Of a stretch of 25,599 nucleotides of DNA, positions 1-8,608 are shown piece after piece (positions within the stretch are counted from its first letter, which is position 1; the number at the start of each line of letters is the position of its first letter). The notes beneath the pieces were generated by a model. That model was not told the DNA's origin. It saw only the letters and a list, made by a program, of their open reading frames with translations, and made no database searches. The DNA comes from Sandaracinaceae bacterium (GTDB taxonomy: Bacteria; Myxococcota_A; Polyangia; Polyangiales; Sandaracinaceae). The translations under genes and the position numbers were made by a program. Location of the stretch: positions 1-25,599 of the forward strand of contig JBGAQA010000092.1 of assembly GCA_044220955.1 (NCBI GenBank). Direction: 5' to 3'.

Positions 1-444
1 CGGGCGGAGCGCGTGCGTGCCCGTCGGGCGGGCGTCACGACCGACCCGGTGACCCGCCGCGACGGGACGGCGTCCCCGTTCGTCCGCACGCGCGACGGCG
101 CCGACGTGCTCGTCGCGGCGCCCGAGGGGCTGCGCTTCGTCGCGATGACGCGGCAGGCCGAGGTGCTGTTCGTGGTCGAGGCGCACCTCGAGGCGTTCGA
201 GGGCACGCTGGCGTTCGAGACGGCGCGTGCGTTTCCGGACCTCGACGTGGTGTCGCTGCGCGGCGCCGGCGGGGTCGTCCTGCGCCTGCGCGCCGAGCCT
301 TCGACGCTCGAGGTCCCCGTCGGGCAGGCCGCCGAGGTAGACGCGCGTGCCCTGGTGGGCTGGACGGGCCGCCTCCTGCCCGAGGGGACGCTCGCCTCGG
401 GCATGCTCGCTTTTCGTGGCGAAGGCGCGCTTCTCGTGCTCTGA
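1..444 (+). CDS. 5'-truncated protein; C-terminal part resembles an AIM24-like (DUF124) beta domain
   Basis: Frame is open from base 1 to TGA at 444 with high GC3. Segments 'LFVVEAHLEAFE', 'VVSLRGAGGVVL', 'VDARALVGWTG' and 'FRGEGALLV' recall AIM24-type repeats. It lies 12 nt upstream of pgsA. Confidence 0.5.
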   Translation, partial: RAERVRARRAGVTTDPVTRRDGTASPFVRTRDGADVLVAAPEGLRFVAMTRQAEVLFVVEAHLEAFEGTLAFETARAFPDLDVVSLRGAGGVVLRLRAEPSTLEVPVGQAAEVDARALVGWTGRLLPEGTLASGMLAFRGEGALLVL

Positions 445-456
445 AGAGACGACGCA

Positions 457-1167
457 GTGACCGACGAGACCCACCCCGCGAACGAGCGACCGAGCATCGC
501 CGCGCGGCGCGAGCGCCGGCGTACGATCCGGCAGGACGCGGTCAACCTACCGAACTTGCTCACGATGCTGCGCATCGTGCTCATCCCATTGGCGCTCTGG
601 CTGATCGCGGACGGCTCCCGCCGCGCCTGCTTCTGGGCAGGCGGCGTCTACACGATCAGCGCCATCACGGACTTCCTCGACGGATGGCTCGCGCGGCGGA
701 TGGGCCTCATCAGCGTGCTCGGGAAGTTCCTCGATCCACTGGCGGACAAGCTCCTCGTCATCTCGTCGCTGGTGGTGATGGTCGCGATGGAGCGCGTGCC
801 CGCCTGGGCCGTGATCATCATCGTCGCGCGGGAGCTCTCGGTGACGAGCCTACGGGTGATCGCGATGAGCGAGGGCGTGGAGATGGCCGCCAGCCAGGGT
901 GGCAAGGAGAAGGCGGCGCTCCAGATGATCGCCGTGCTCCTCCTGATGCTCCACTACCCCTACGTGCTCGACTTCGGCGTCGTCGCGTTGTCCGTGGACT
1001 TCAACGTCGTGGGTCTGTCCACCCTCTACATCTCGGTGTTCTTCGCCATCTGGAGCGGCGGGGAGTACGCCAAGCTCTTCGTCGACGCCGTCGAGATGAA
1101 GGAGAAGCGCCTCGCGGATCAGGATCGCGAGGAGGACGAGCGGGAGGCGAAGGCGGGCCGAAGCTGA
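457..1167 (+). CDS. pgsA: CDP-diacylglycerol--glycerol-3-phosphate 3-phosphatidyltransferase
   Basis: NLPNLLTMLRI N-terminal motif, the CDP-alcohol phosphotransferase signature DFLDGWLARR...GKFLDPLADKLL, and 'IIVARELSVTSLR'; several TM helices. Confidence 0.93.
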   Translation: MTDETHPANERPSIAARRERRRTIRQDAVNLPNLLTMLRIVLIPLALWLIADGSRRACFWAGGVYTISAITDFLDGWLARRMGLISVLGKFLDPLADKLLVISSLVVMVAMERVPAWAVIIIVARELSVTSLRVIAMSEGVEMAASQGGKEKAALQMIAVLLLMLHYPYVLDFGVVALSVDFNVVGLSTLYISVFFAIWSGGEYAKLFVDAVEMKEKRLADQDREEDEREAKAGRS

Positions 1168-1286
1168 GCTTTCAGACGCGCTGGGCGCGCCCCTCGACGC
1201 GGCGGAGCCGGATGCGTCTCACCCCCGTGGCTGGCGTCGGTTTTGGGACAGACTTCGAGTTCGAGAGGCGAGGCGCCTGCGGGCGA

Positions 1287-1643
1287 TCACGCCTGGACGG
1301 TCGCCGCGTCGGTCGACGCGCGCCGCCGCACGGTGCCCTCGGTCTCCAGCTGAGCGAGACCGTACTTCTCGGCGCACCAGAGCGCGCCCACGAGCAAGCT
1401 CCGCCGGTCGGAGAAGAACGCCGGGTCGTTCCCTTCGAACCAGTGCCCGAGGAACTGGAAGCCCCAGCCCACGGTGAAGAGGGACGCGCCGAGCGGGAGG
1501 GCGACGATGCTCGCGATCATCGGCAGCGACGCGACGATGAGCGGGATGCCGATCATGTGCGTCGCCTGGTTCCGCCGGTCTCGGTGATCTCCCTTGTAGC
1601 GCTCGAGGAGGAGCGACCACTCGCGGTTCAGGCGGATCTTCAT
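1287..1643 (-). CDS. DUF962 / Mpo1-like membrane protein (118 aa)
   Basis: Motifs Y-x-x-DH-x4-N-x-x-x-H-x-IGIP, GW-x-x-QF-x-GH-x-x-EGN-x-PA. ATG at 1643 has GGAGG 5 nt upstream, so it is preferred over the 1706 start in the ORF track. Confidence 0.85.
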   Translation of the reverse strand: MKIRLNREWSLLLERYKGDHRDRRNQATHMIGIPLIVASLPMIASIVALPLGASLFTVGWGFQFLGHWFEGNDPAFFSDRRSLLVGALWCAEKYGLAQLETEGTVRRRASTDAATVQA

Positions 1644-1707
1644 GAGGGCCTCCGAGCGCAACGGTGTACCAAGATGATGCGCCGCGTCGCGCGTGGCTGC
1701 TCGCATT

Positions 1708-3006
1708 TCATGGATGCAGGCGGTTGAGCATTCGCGGGAACGGAATCGTCTCGCGGACGTGAGGCAGCCCGCAGAGCCAGGCGACGGTGCGCTCGACGCC
1801 GAGGCCGAACCCTGCGTGCGGGAACGAGCCGTAGCGCCGCACGTCGAGGTACCACTCGAACGCCTCGCGGGGGAGCTTGTGCGTCTCGATCGCGGCCTCG
1901 AGCGTCGCGAGGTCGTCCTCGCGCTGGCCGCCGCCGATGATCTCGCCGTACCCTTCGGGCGCGAGCACGTCCATGTTGAGCGCGAGCGTCGTGTCGCTCG
2001 GATCGCGCTTGAAGTAGAACGCCTTCATCTCGATCGGGTAGCGGTGGACCATGACCGGGCGATCGAAGCCCTGCGAGATCACCGTCTCCTCGTCACCGCC
2101 GAAGTCGTCGCCGAACTTCGCCGGGTGCCCGGCCTTCTGCAGCGTCTCGATCGCCTCGCGGTACGTGATGCGCGGGAAGGGCGCCCTCACGCTCTCGAGC
2201 GGCTTGAGGTCCCGCTCGAGCGAGTCGAGCTCGCGGCGGCGCTTGTCGAGCACGCGCGCGACCACCGACGAGAGAAAGTCCTCGGCCAGCGCCATGTCGC
2301 CGTCGAGATCCATGAACGCGACCTCGGGCTCGACCATCCAGAACTCGGCGAGGTGGCGCCGCGTCTTGCTCTTCTCCGCGCGGAACGTGGGCCCGAAGCA
2401 GTACACCTTGCCGAGCGCGGCCGCGGCCGCCTCCATGTAGAGCTGACCGCTCTGGGTGAGGTACGCCGGCTCGCCGTGGTACTCGGTCGAGAAGAGCGTG
2501 GACGTTCCCTCACACGCGTTGGGGGTGAAGATCGGGGCGTCGACCAGCGTGAAGTCGTGGGAGTCGAAGTAGTCGCGGATGGCCGCGATGATCTCTGCCC
2601 GGACGCGCAGGATCGCGTGCTGGCGCTTGCTCCGCAGCCAGAGGTGCCGGTTGTCCATCAGGAAGTCGGTGCCGTGCTCCTTGGGGGAGATCGGATACTC
2701 GCGGGCGGGCAGTGCGATGGTGTCGAGCTCGCTGACGCCGAGCTCGAAGGTGCCCTTGATCTTCGCGTGCTCGCGCACGACGCCGGTCGCCCGGAGGGAG
2801 GTCTCCTGGGTGAGCTTGTCGGCCGCGGCGAAGAGCTCGGGCGAGACGTCGCCCTTGAACACGACGCACTGACAGATGCCGCTTCCGTCGCGGACTTCGA
2901 GGAAGTGCAGCTTGCCGCTCGAGCGCTTGTTGTAGAGCCAGCCCTCGACGGTGACCTTCTCGCCGACGTGTCCGCCGAGATCCTCGATCCGTACCTTCTT
3001 GCTCAT
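1708..3006 (-). CDS. asnS: asparagine--tRNA ligase
   Basis: N-terminal OB fold ([22 protein letters not shown]), class II motifs [56 protein letters not shown] and IPFPR. Confidence 0.96.
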   Translation of the reverse strand: MSKKVRIEDLGGHVGEKVTVEGWLYNKRSSGKLHFLEVRDGSGICQCVVFKGDVSPELFAAADKLTQETSLRATGVVREHAKIKGTFELGVSELDTIALPAREYPISPKEHGTDFLMDNRHLWLRSKRQHAILRVRAEIIAAIRDYFDSHDFTLVDAPIFTPNACEGTSTLFSTEYHGEPAYLTQSGQLYMEAAAAALGKVYCFGPTFRAEKSKTRRHLAEFWMVEPEVAFMDLDGDMALAEDFLSSVVARVLDKRRRELDSLERDLKPLESVRAPFPRITYREAIETLQKAGHPAKFGDDFGGDEETVISQGFDRPVMVHRYPIEMKAFYFKRDPSDTTLALNMDVLAPEGYGEIIGGGQREDDLATLEAAIETHKLPREAFEWYLDVRRYGSFPHAGFGLGVERTVAWLCGLPHVRETIPFPRMLNRLHP

Positions 3007-3054
3007 GGTGCGGCGGGTCTAACCCCGTGGGCGCGCGCGTGCTAGCTGGGCGAC

Positions 3055-3915
3055 ATGTTCGTCGTCGAGAGCCGCCACGCGCGGCGTTTCGTGGTGCGGA
3101 TCGATCGCGCCGAGGAGGTGCTCGGCAGCATCAAGAGGCTCTGTGAGAGCGAGCGCGTCCGCGCCGGCTGGATCCGCGCGACGGGCCACCTGGAGTGGGT
3201 GGAGCTCGTGCACTGGGATCCGGAGCGCGAGTCCGAGACGCGGCCGCGGCGGTTGCAGGGGCCGCTGCTCGCGCTCGCGCTCGAGGGCAGCGTGTCGATG
3301 CGCCTCGGGGAGCCGAGCGTGACCTTGCGCGGAGCGCTCTCGCGCGAGTCCGACGCGGGCCTAGAGGTCGTCGGCGGCCAGCTGGTCGCTGCCTCGGCGC
3401 TGGCCCTGGAGCTCGTGCTCGACGTGCTCGAGGACGTTCGCCTGGAGCGCGACGAGGATCCGCCCACCGGGCTCTCGCTCTGGAAAGGCGAGCGCACCCC
3501 GGGCGTGATCGCCCGCGGGGGCGCGGGGGCCGCGCGATCCCCGACGCCAGCCGGCGCGCCCGCAAGAGCGACCGATCCCGAACCGGCCGCCGACCCCGTC
3601 CAGGCGCCCGCGGCGGCCCCGGCGTCCGCGTGGGCCGAGGTCGCCGCCGTCTCGGCGGGCGTGGAGCGGAGCAGGCCTCTCGCGAGCGTGGCGTTCGACG
3701 ACGACCACGTGCTCGAGCCGAAGAAAGGCGACTGGGTCGAGCACCGCCAGTTCGGGCTCTGCCGCGTCGACGGCGAGGACGCCGAGGGCGCGCTGATCAT
3801 CCGGCTGCCGAGCGGCATGCGAAAGCACATCAAGCTGGATGTCCTGGAGGTGCTGGCCCCCCGGCACGACACGGATCGGCGCATCTTCCCGCTCCGCCCA
3901 CGCACCCGGCGCTGA
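3055..3915 (+). CDS. PPC/DUF296 domain protein with Ala/Pro linker and C-terminal Tudor/SH3-like module
   Basis: N-terminal 'FVVRIDRAEEVLGSIKRLCESERVRAGWIRATG...LEGSVS...VVGGQL' fits the PPC pattern. C-terminal 'GDWVEHRQFGLCRV' resembles the UvrD/PcrA C-terminal Tudor-like motif. Confidence 0.65.
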   Translation: MFVVESRHARRFVVRIDRAEEVLGSIKRLCESERVRAGWIRATGHLEWVELVHWDPERESETRPRRLQGPLLALALEGSVSMRLGEPSVTLRGALSRESDAGLEVVGGQLVAASALALELVLDVLEDVRLERDEDPPTGLSLWKGERTPGVIARGGAGAARSPTPAGAPARATDPEPAADPVQAPAAAPASAWAEVAAVSAGVERSRPLASVAFDDDHVLEPKKGDWVEHRQFGLCRVDGEDAEGALIIRLPSGMRKHIKLDVLEVLAPRHDTDRRIFPLRPRTRR

Positions 3916-3944
3916 CCGCTCCGCCCCATCGCCGGACGGACACG

Positions 3945-4907
3945 TCAGCGGATCGGGAGATCGTCCTCGCTCTTCACGCGGCCGTCGATCCGCGAGACCG
4001 CCACGTCCGCGAGGAGGTTACCCGCCTGCACGGTGAGCGCCGACATCAGCACGATGCCGAGCAGCATCGGCACGTCGAGCGAGTAGATGGCCTCGATGGC
4101 GAGGCGTCCGATCCCCGGCCAGCCGAAGACGGTCTCCGTCACGATCGCGCCGGTGACGAGCAGCGGCATGCTCATCCCGAGCAGCGTGAGGATCGGGAGC
4201 ACGGCGTTGCGGAGCGCGTGTACGACCACGACCCGCGCGCGCGAGAGTCCCTTGCTCCGGGCGGTGCGGACGTAGTCGGCGCGTAGCGTCTCGATCATCT
4301 CGCTGCGCAAGATGCGGGCGTACGTCGCGGCGCCGACCACGGCGAGGGTGAGCGCGGGGAGCAGCGCGTGCTCGACGTGCTCGGCGGTGGTCACGCCGTA
4401 GCCGCCGACGGGGAGCCAGCCCAGCCGGAACGCGAACACCTCCATCACGACGAGGCCGATGAGGAAGCTGGGAGTGCTGATCCCCAGGTACGCCAGGCTC
4501 ATGGCGGAGGTGTCGATCAGGGTGTTGCGCCTGAGAGCCGCGAGCAGGCCGATGCTCAGGCCGAAGACCAGCTCGAACGTCATCGCCAGGGCGCCGAGCA
4601 GCACCGTGCGCGGCAGGCGCGTGAGCACCACGTCGAGCACCGGCTGGCCGTCGCGGAACGAGTGCCCGAGGTCGCCGCGGAGGATCCCGCCGAAGTAGGA
4701 CAGGTACTGCTCGTGGAAGGGGCGGTCGAGGCCGTGGGCGCGGCGGAATTCCGCGATCTGGCTCGCGTGCGCCCGCGGTCCGAGCGTCGCGACGGCCGGA
4801 TCGCCGACGAGGTTGGTCAGCAGGAACACGAGCGACATCGCGATCCAGACGACGAAGACGCCGCGTCCCATGCGGCGGACCAAGCGCCTGCCCGAGAGGC
4901 CGCTCAT
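3945..4907 (-). CDS. peptide/nickel ABC transporter permease (DppB/OppB-like)
   Basis: GDPA, GLDRP-x-x-x-QY, GDLGHSF, RLPRT, LPALTL and the EAA loop 'DYVRTARSKGLS...HALRNA', ETVFGWPGIG. ATG at 4907 overlaps the upstream stop (ATGA). Confidence 0.92.
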   Translation of the reverse strand: MSGLSGRRLVRRMGRGVFVVWIAMSLVFLLTNLVGDPAVATLGPRAHASQIAEFRRAHGLDRPFHEQYLSYFGGILRGDLGHSFRDGQPVLDVVLTRLPRTVLLGALAMTFELVFGLSIGLLAALRRNTLIDTSAMSLAYLGISTPSFLIGLVVMEVFAFRLGWLPVGGYGVTTAEHVEHALLPALTLAVVGAATYARILRSEMIETLRADYVRTARSKGLSRARVVVVHALRNAVLPILTLLGMSMPLLVTGAIVTETVFGWPGIGRLAIEAIYSLDVPMLLGIVLMSALTVQAGNLLADVAVSRIDGRVKSEDDLPIR

Positions 4908-6658
4908 CGGCGCGCTCCGAAGGGCGACATCGCCGCGAACGCCGAGAGGGTCCGCAGCTCGCGCTCGGCTCGGCGGCGCGGCAGATCGAGCCAGACGTCG
5001 CGGTACATCTGGTCCCAGACGGGGTGCGGCTCGTAGCCGCGCACGTAGGGCTGCCAGGCCTCGAGCTTGGTGTCCGTGAAGACGAAGCCCCAGGGAGCGT
5101 CCTCGAGGATCATCCCGACCGCGTCGTGATAGAGCGACATGCGCGCGGCGTGGTCGCGCTCGACGCGCGCACGCCGGAGGATCTCGTCGACGCGCGCGCT
5201 CTGGTAGAAGGTGCGGTTCTCGCTCGTCGTCTCGTGGATCGAGCTCGAGCTGAACAGGACGTCGAGGAAGTTCGAGGGGTCGGGGAAGTCGGCGCTCCAG
5301 CCGGCGAGCATCAAGGGCACGGTCCTTCGATGCCCCGTTTCCTGGAGGTAGATCGGGAACGCGACCTGCCGGATCGAGACCGGGATGCCGATGCTCGCGA
5401 GATCCTGCTGCGTGAGCTCGCCGAACATCCGGCCCGTGTCTCCCTCGCCGACCCACATCTCGACGGGGGCCTCGAGACCCTCGGCGATCCAGCGATCACC
5501 GTCCTGCCGCACGGGGTGACCCGCGAGCGCCATCTCCTCACGGGCACGTCCGAGATCGAACCGATGAGCGTCGGGCCGTCCGGCGTCGTAGCCCGGCACC
5601 CCCGGTGGCAGTGGCTGGCCGTTCAGGAGCAGGTTGCCGCCACGGGCGCGCTGCCATCGCTCCCGATCGATCGCCCAGGCGACGGCGCGGCGGACGTGCA
5701 CGTCGGTGAAGGGCGCGATCTCGCAGTTCATGCCGACGCCCCAGACCGTCATCAGCGGTCGGTTGATCGCGTAGTCGGCCCAGGCGGGCTGGTGCCGCAG
5801 CCAGTAGCGGTCCGAGGGCGTCGTGCGATGGATGTGATCCAGGTCGCCGCGGATGAAGCGCATGAACGCCGCGCCGCGCTGCAGGTTCAGCTCGTAGACC
5901 ATCCGATCGACGTAGGGCTCGCCCGGACGGAAGAAGTCCGGGTTGCGTCGGAACGTGACGCGAAGGCCAGGCTCCCAGCTCTCGAGGACGAAGGCGCCGC
6001 TTCCGATGGGGTGCCGCGCAGGGTCCTCTTGCTCGTACATCTCGTGCGGCACCGGGTAGGCGAAGATCATCGCCATGGCGTTGAGGAACGTCTGGTCCGC
6101 GGCGCTCAGGCGGAAGCGAACCGTGTAGCGATCGAGCACCTCGACGCCGCGCAGGTGGCTCGCGCCGGCCTGGTAGTCGTCGAATCCGTCGATGAGCGCG
6201 TAGAACGCCAATCCGGGCGAGTGCGTGCTCGGCGCGAGCAGGTGCTCCATCGACCAGCGCACGTCCTCGGCGACGATCTCGCGCCCGTTGTGGAAGTGCG
6301 CGCCCTCACGGAGCCGGAACGTGTACGTCAGCCCGTCCTCGCTGACGGTCGGCAGCTCGCGCGCGAGCCGCGGGACGAAGTGCACGTCGTGGTCGTAGTC
6401 GATGAGGCCTTCGAAGAGCAGCTTCTCGCCCATGCCCGAGAGCTCGTCGTAGGAGACGTGCGGATCGAAGCCATGCACGTCCGACTCGTGGAAGAAGACG
6501 AACGTGCCGCCGTGATGCGGCGCGACCTCGCCGGCGCCGGCCCAGATGGGCGCGCTCGGCACCGGCGGCAGGAGGAAGAAGAGGGCGAGCGCGATCAGCG
6601 TGATCATCGCCAGCGCGACGACGCCGATCTGGCGCTCAGTCCTTCGGATCGAGCGCAT
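4904..6658 (-). CDS. ABC transporter substrate-binding protein, family 5 (DppA/OppA-like), N-terminal membrane anchor
   Basis: LFEGL...VPRLA...SEDGLTYTFRLREGAHFHNG...AEDVRWS, PIGSGAF, PFTDVHVRRAVAWAIDR, GWSADFPDP. Hydrophobic N-terminal helix with no lipobox Cys. Confidence 0.92.
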   Translation of the reverse strand: MRSIRRTERQIGVVALAMITLIALALFFLLPPVPSAPIWAGAGEVAPHHGGTFVFFHESDVHGFDPHVSYDELSGMGEKLLFEGLIDYDHDVHFVPRLARELPTVSEDGLTYTFRLREGAHFHNGREIVAEDVRWSMEHLLAPSTHSPGLAFYALIDGFDDYQAGASHLRGVEVLDRYTVRFRLSAADQTFLNAMAMIFAYPVPHEMYEQEDPARHPIGSGAFVLESWEPGLRVTFRRNPDFFRPGEPYVDRMVYELNLQRGAAFMRFIRGDLDHIHRTTPSDRYWLRHQPAWADYAINRPLMTVWGVGMNCEIAPFTDVHVRRAVAWAIDRERWQRARGGNLLLNGQPLPPGVPGYDAGRPDAHRFDLGRAREEMALAGHPVRQDGDRWIAEGLEAPVEMWVGEGDTGRMFGELTQQDLASIGIPVSIRQVAFPIYLQETGHRRTVPLMLAGWSADFPDPSNFLDVLFSSSSIHETTSENRTFYQSARVDEILRRARVERDHAARMSLYHDAVGMILEDAPWGFVFTDTKLEAWQPYVRGYEPHPVWDQMYRDVWLDLPRRRAERELRTLSAFAAMSPFGARR

Positions 6659-7481
6659 CGCGCAGCCCTTCGCCGAGCAGGTTGAATCCGAACGACGTGA
6701 GCGCGATGACGAGGCCCGGGTAGAGCACCAGGCGCGGCGCCAGCGACATCAGCTCCTCACCGTCCCGCAGCATGCTCGCCCACGTCGAGGTCGGGGGCTG
6801 CACGCCGACCCCGAGGAACGACATCGCCGACTCGGCGAGGATCATCTGCGCGACGAGGGAGGTCCCCAGCACGATCGCCGGGCCCAGCACGTTCGGGAGG
6901 ACGTGGCGGAGCACGATGCGCGCCTCGCTCATCCCGAGCGCGCGCGCCGCGTGTACGAAGTCGAGCTCGCGCACCTGCAGCGTCTTGGTGCGCGTCACCC
7001 GCGCCAGCGAGGTCCACGAGAGCCCTCCGAGCAGCAGAGCGAGGCTGTAGAGCTCCGGGCGATCGATGACCTTGTTCAGCGCGATCGCCAGGAGCAGGAA
7101 AGGCACGGACTGGAAGACGTCCGCCGCCTGCATGCTCAGCGCGTCGAATCCGCCCCTTCGATAGCCGGAGAGCACGCCGATCGTGAGCCCGAGCAAGACC
7201 GCGAGCAGCGTCGCCGAGAGCGCGATCGCGAGCGAGATGCGGCCGCCGAAGAGCAGACGCGAGAGCTCGTCGCGGCCGAGCGCGTCGGTCCCGAGCCAGT
7301 GTGCCGCACAGGGGCCGACGGGAAGCCCGTCGTCGCGCAGCCCGTCGTCGAACTGGTGGTCGGGGTCGTAGGGAGCGACGAAGGGCCCCACGATCGCCAG
7401 CAGCAGGACGGCGAGGACCAGCGCGCCGCCGAGCATCGCGCCGCCGTTCTTGCGGAAGCGTGCGAGCGCGCGCGGGTCCAT
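6636..7481 (-). CDS. peptide/nickel ABC transporter permease (DppC/OppC-like)
   Basis: HWLGTDALGRDELSRLLFGGRISL, EAA loop 'DFVHAARALGMS...RHVLPN', ESAMSFLGVGVQPP. Confidence 0.93.
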   Translation of the reverse strand: MDPRALARFRKNGGAMLGGALVLAVLLLAIVGPFVAPYDPDHQFDDGLRDDGLPVGPCAAHWLGTDALGRDELSRLLFGGRISLAIALSATLLAVLLGLTIGVLSGYRRGGFDALSMQAADVFQSVPFLLLAIALNKVIDRPELYSLALLLGGLSWTSLARVTRTKTLQVRELDFVHAARALGMSEARIVLRHVLPNVLGPAIVLGTSLVAQMILAESAMSFLGVGVQPPTSTWASMLRDGEELMSLAPRLVLYPGLVIALTSFGFNLLGEGLRDALDPKD

Positions 7482-7484
7482 CGC

Positions 7485-7745
7485 TCACATCCCGAACGGC
7501 GTGCTGGCGCCCGCCGCGCACACGAGCACGTTGCCCTGCGTCACGCCGTGGCAGGACCAGCCGGAGGGGCAGTCGGCCGCGCCGGCGCAGCTCACCGTGC
7601 AGACCGGGGTGTCACCGTGCACGCCGGCCACGCAGAGTCCTCGCTGGCACTCGTGGTCCGAGGCGCAGTGCTCGCCGAAGCGGCGCTCCCCGCGGCCACC
7701 GCAGGCCAGCAGCAGCAGGAACGCGGGGACCACGAGGCGCATCAC
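7485..7745 (-). CDS. small Cys-rich lipoprotein (~86 aa)
   Basis: Signal peptide with lipobox LLAC followed by 8 further Cys (C-x5-C-x4-C...C-x3-C-x5-C-x5-C...C). Stop is 3 nt before the DppC-like ATG. Confidence 0.75.
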   Translation of the reverse strand: MMRLVVPAFLLLLACGGRGERRFGEHCASDHECQRGLCVAGVHGDTPVCTVSCAGAADCPSGWSCHGVTQGNVLVCAAGASTPFGM

Positions 7746-7925
7746 GGCTCGGATGCTGCCCCGTCGCGAACGGGACCCGCAAGCGCGATCCCGTCCGAGC
7801 TCGACCGATCGCGGATCCGGCGCGTCGGTGCGCCTCCAGCGCCGGGATCAGGTGAGCCGTGCGAACCAGCCTGCGACGGAATCGCCCTATCTTTAGCTGA
7901 AAGAGAGGTCGTCTGCGCATTTTCT

Positions 7926-7955
7926 TTGACAGTGCTCCATTCAATAGAACATATT
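7926..7955 (+). promoter_or_regulatory. putative sigma70-type promoter: TTGACA - 18 nt - CATATT
   Basis: Perfect -35 hexamer at 7926-7931 inside a conspicuously AT-rich patch (~7880-7960), -10-like CATATT at 7950-7955, upstream of the GGAGG-N5-GTG start at 8025. Confidence 0.6.
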
Positions 7956-8024
7956 CGCGACCGCTCGGCAGACGTGATCGCGTGAGCAGATCATCTCCGA
8001 GCGAGCGCATGTGCGGAGGTCCGG

Positions 8025-8546
8025 GTGGTCGACGGGCGGGAAGAGCGAAGCGAGGCCGGGCTCAGCGAGGACAAGCTCGCGAGCTTCGAGCGCGCGCACC
8101 CCCGTGGCGTGACCGTCCAGCAGATCCTCGAGGTCTTCGGCGCGGCGCTCACCGAGGCGACGTTTCGCAAGTACGTCCAGCTCGGCCTCTTGCCGCGCAG
8201 CGTGCGCGTGGGCCGCAAGGGCAAGAGCCGGGGCTCGCAGGGCCTCTATCCATCCACGGTCGTGCGCCGCCTGGACGCGGTCCGTCGGCTCATGGGGCAG
8301 GGCTACACGATCGATCAGATCCAGCGGGAGTTCTTGTTCGTGCGCGGTGAGCTCGAGGAGCTCGGGCGCACGCTCGAGCGCCTCTATGCGGGGCTCGAGC
8401 GGGCGCTCGAGGCGCGCGGGGGTGACGAGCTCGCGGAGCGCAAGCTCCGGGAGGCACGCGAGGTCGGGGCGGACCTGGCGCGGCGCCTCGACGAGATCGA
8501 GCAGCGGATGTCGATGCGGGCGCGGATGCAGCGCGCGCAGGTGTGA
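8025..8546 (+). CDS. MerR-like winged helix-turn-helix protein with C-terminal coiled coil
   Basis: '[18 protein letters not shown]' matches the MerR 'TLRYYExxGLL' pattern and 'GYTIDQIQ' matches MerR 'GFSLxEI'. GGAGG RBS at 8015-8019. Confidence 0.72.
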   Translation: MVDGREERSEAGLSEDKLASFERAHPRGVTVQQILEVFGAALTEATFRKYVQLGLLPRSVRVGRKGKSRGSQGLYPSTVVRRLDAVRRLMGQGYTIDQIQREFLFVRGELEELGRTLERLYAGLERALEARGGDELAERKLREAREVGADLARRLDEIEQRMSMRARMQRAQV

Positions 8547-8608
8547 TGGGCGGCGCGCGTCTCGCCGGGCGAAGCGAGGGGCGCGCGTGGAGAAGGTGGG
8601 AGGCGAAC

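Noticed and set aside
1693..6685. Long ORFs 1693-3045 (+), 5024-6685 (+), 3042-3929 (-) and 3195-4286 (+)
   Set aside because: They overlap well-supported genes (asnS, binding protein, PPC gene); stop-poor GC-rich artefacts.
7784..7813. Imperfect palindrome CGCGATC...CGAGCTCG...GATCGCG upstream of the Cys-rich lipoprotein
   Set aside because: Asymmetric spacing, and built from GATC/CTCGAG-like words that are very common in this sequence.
7946..7958. AGAACATATTCG as a LexA/SOS box
   Set aside because: Spacing does not match GAAC-N4-GTTC; kept only as an unnamed dyad.
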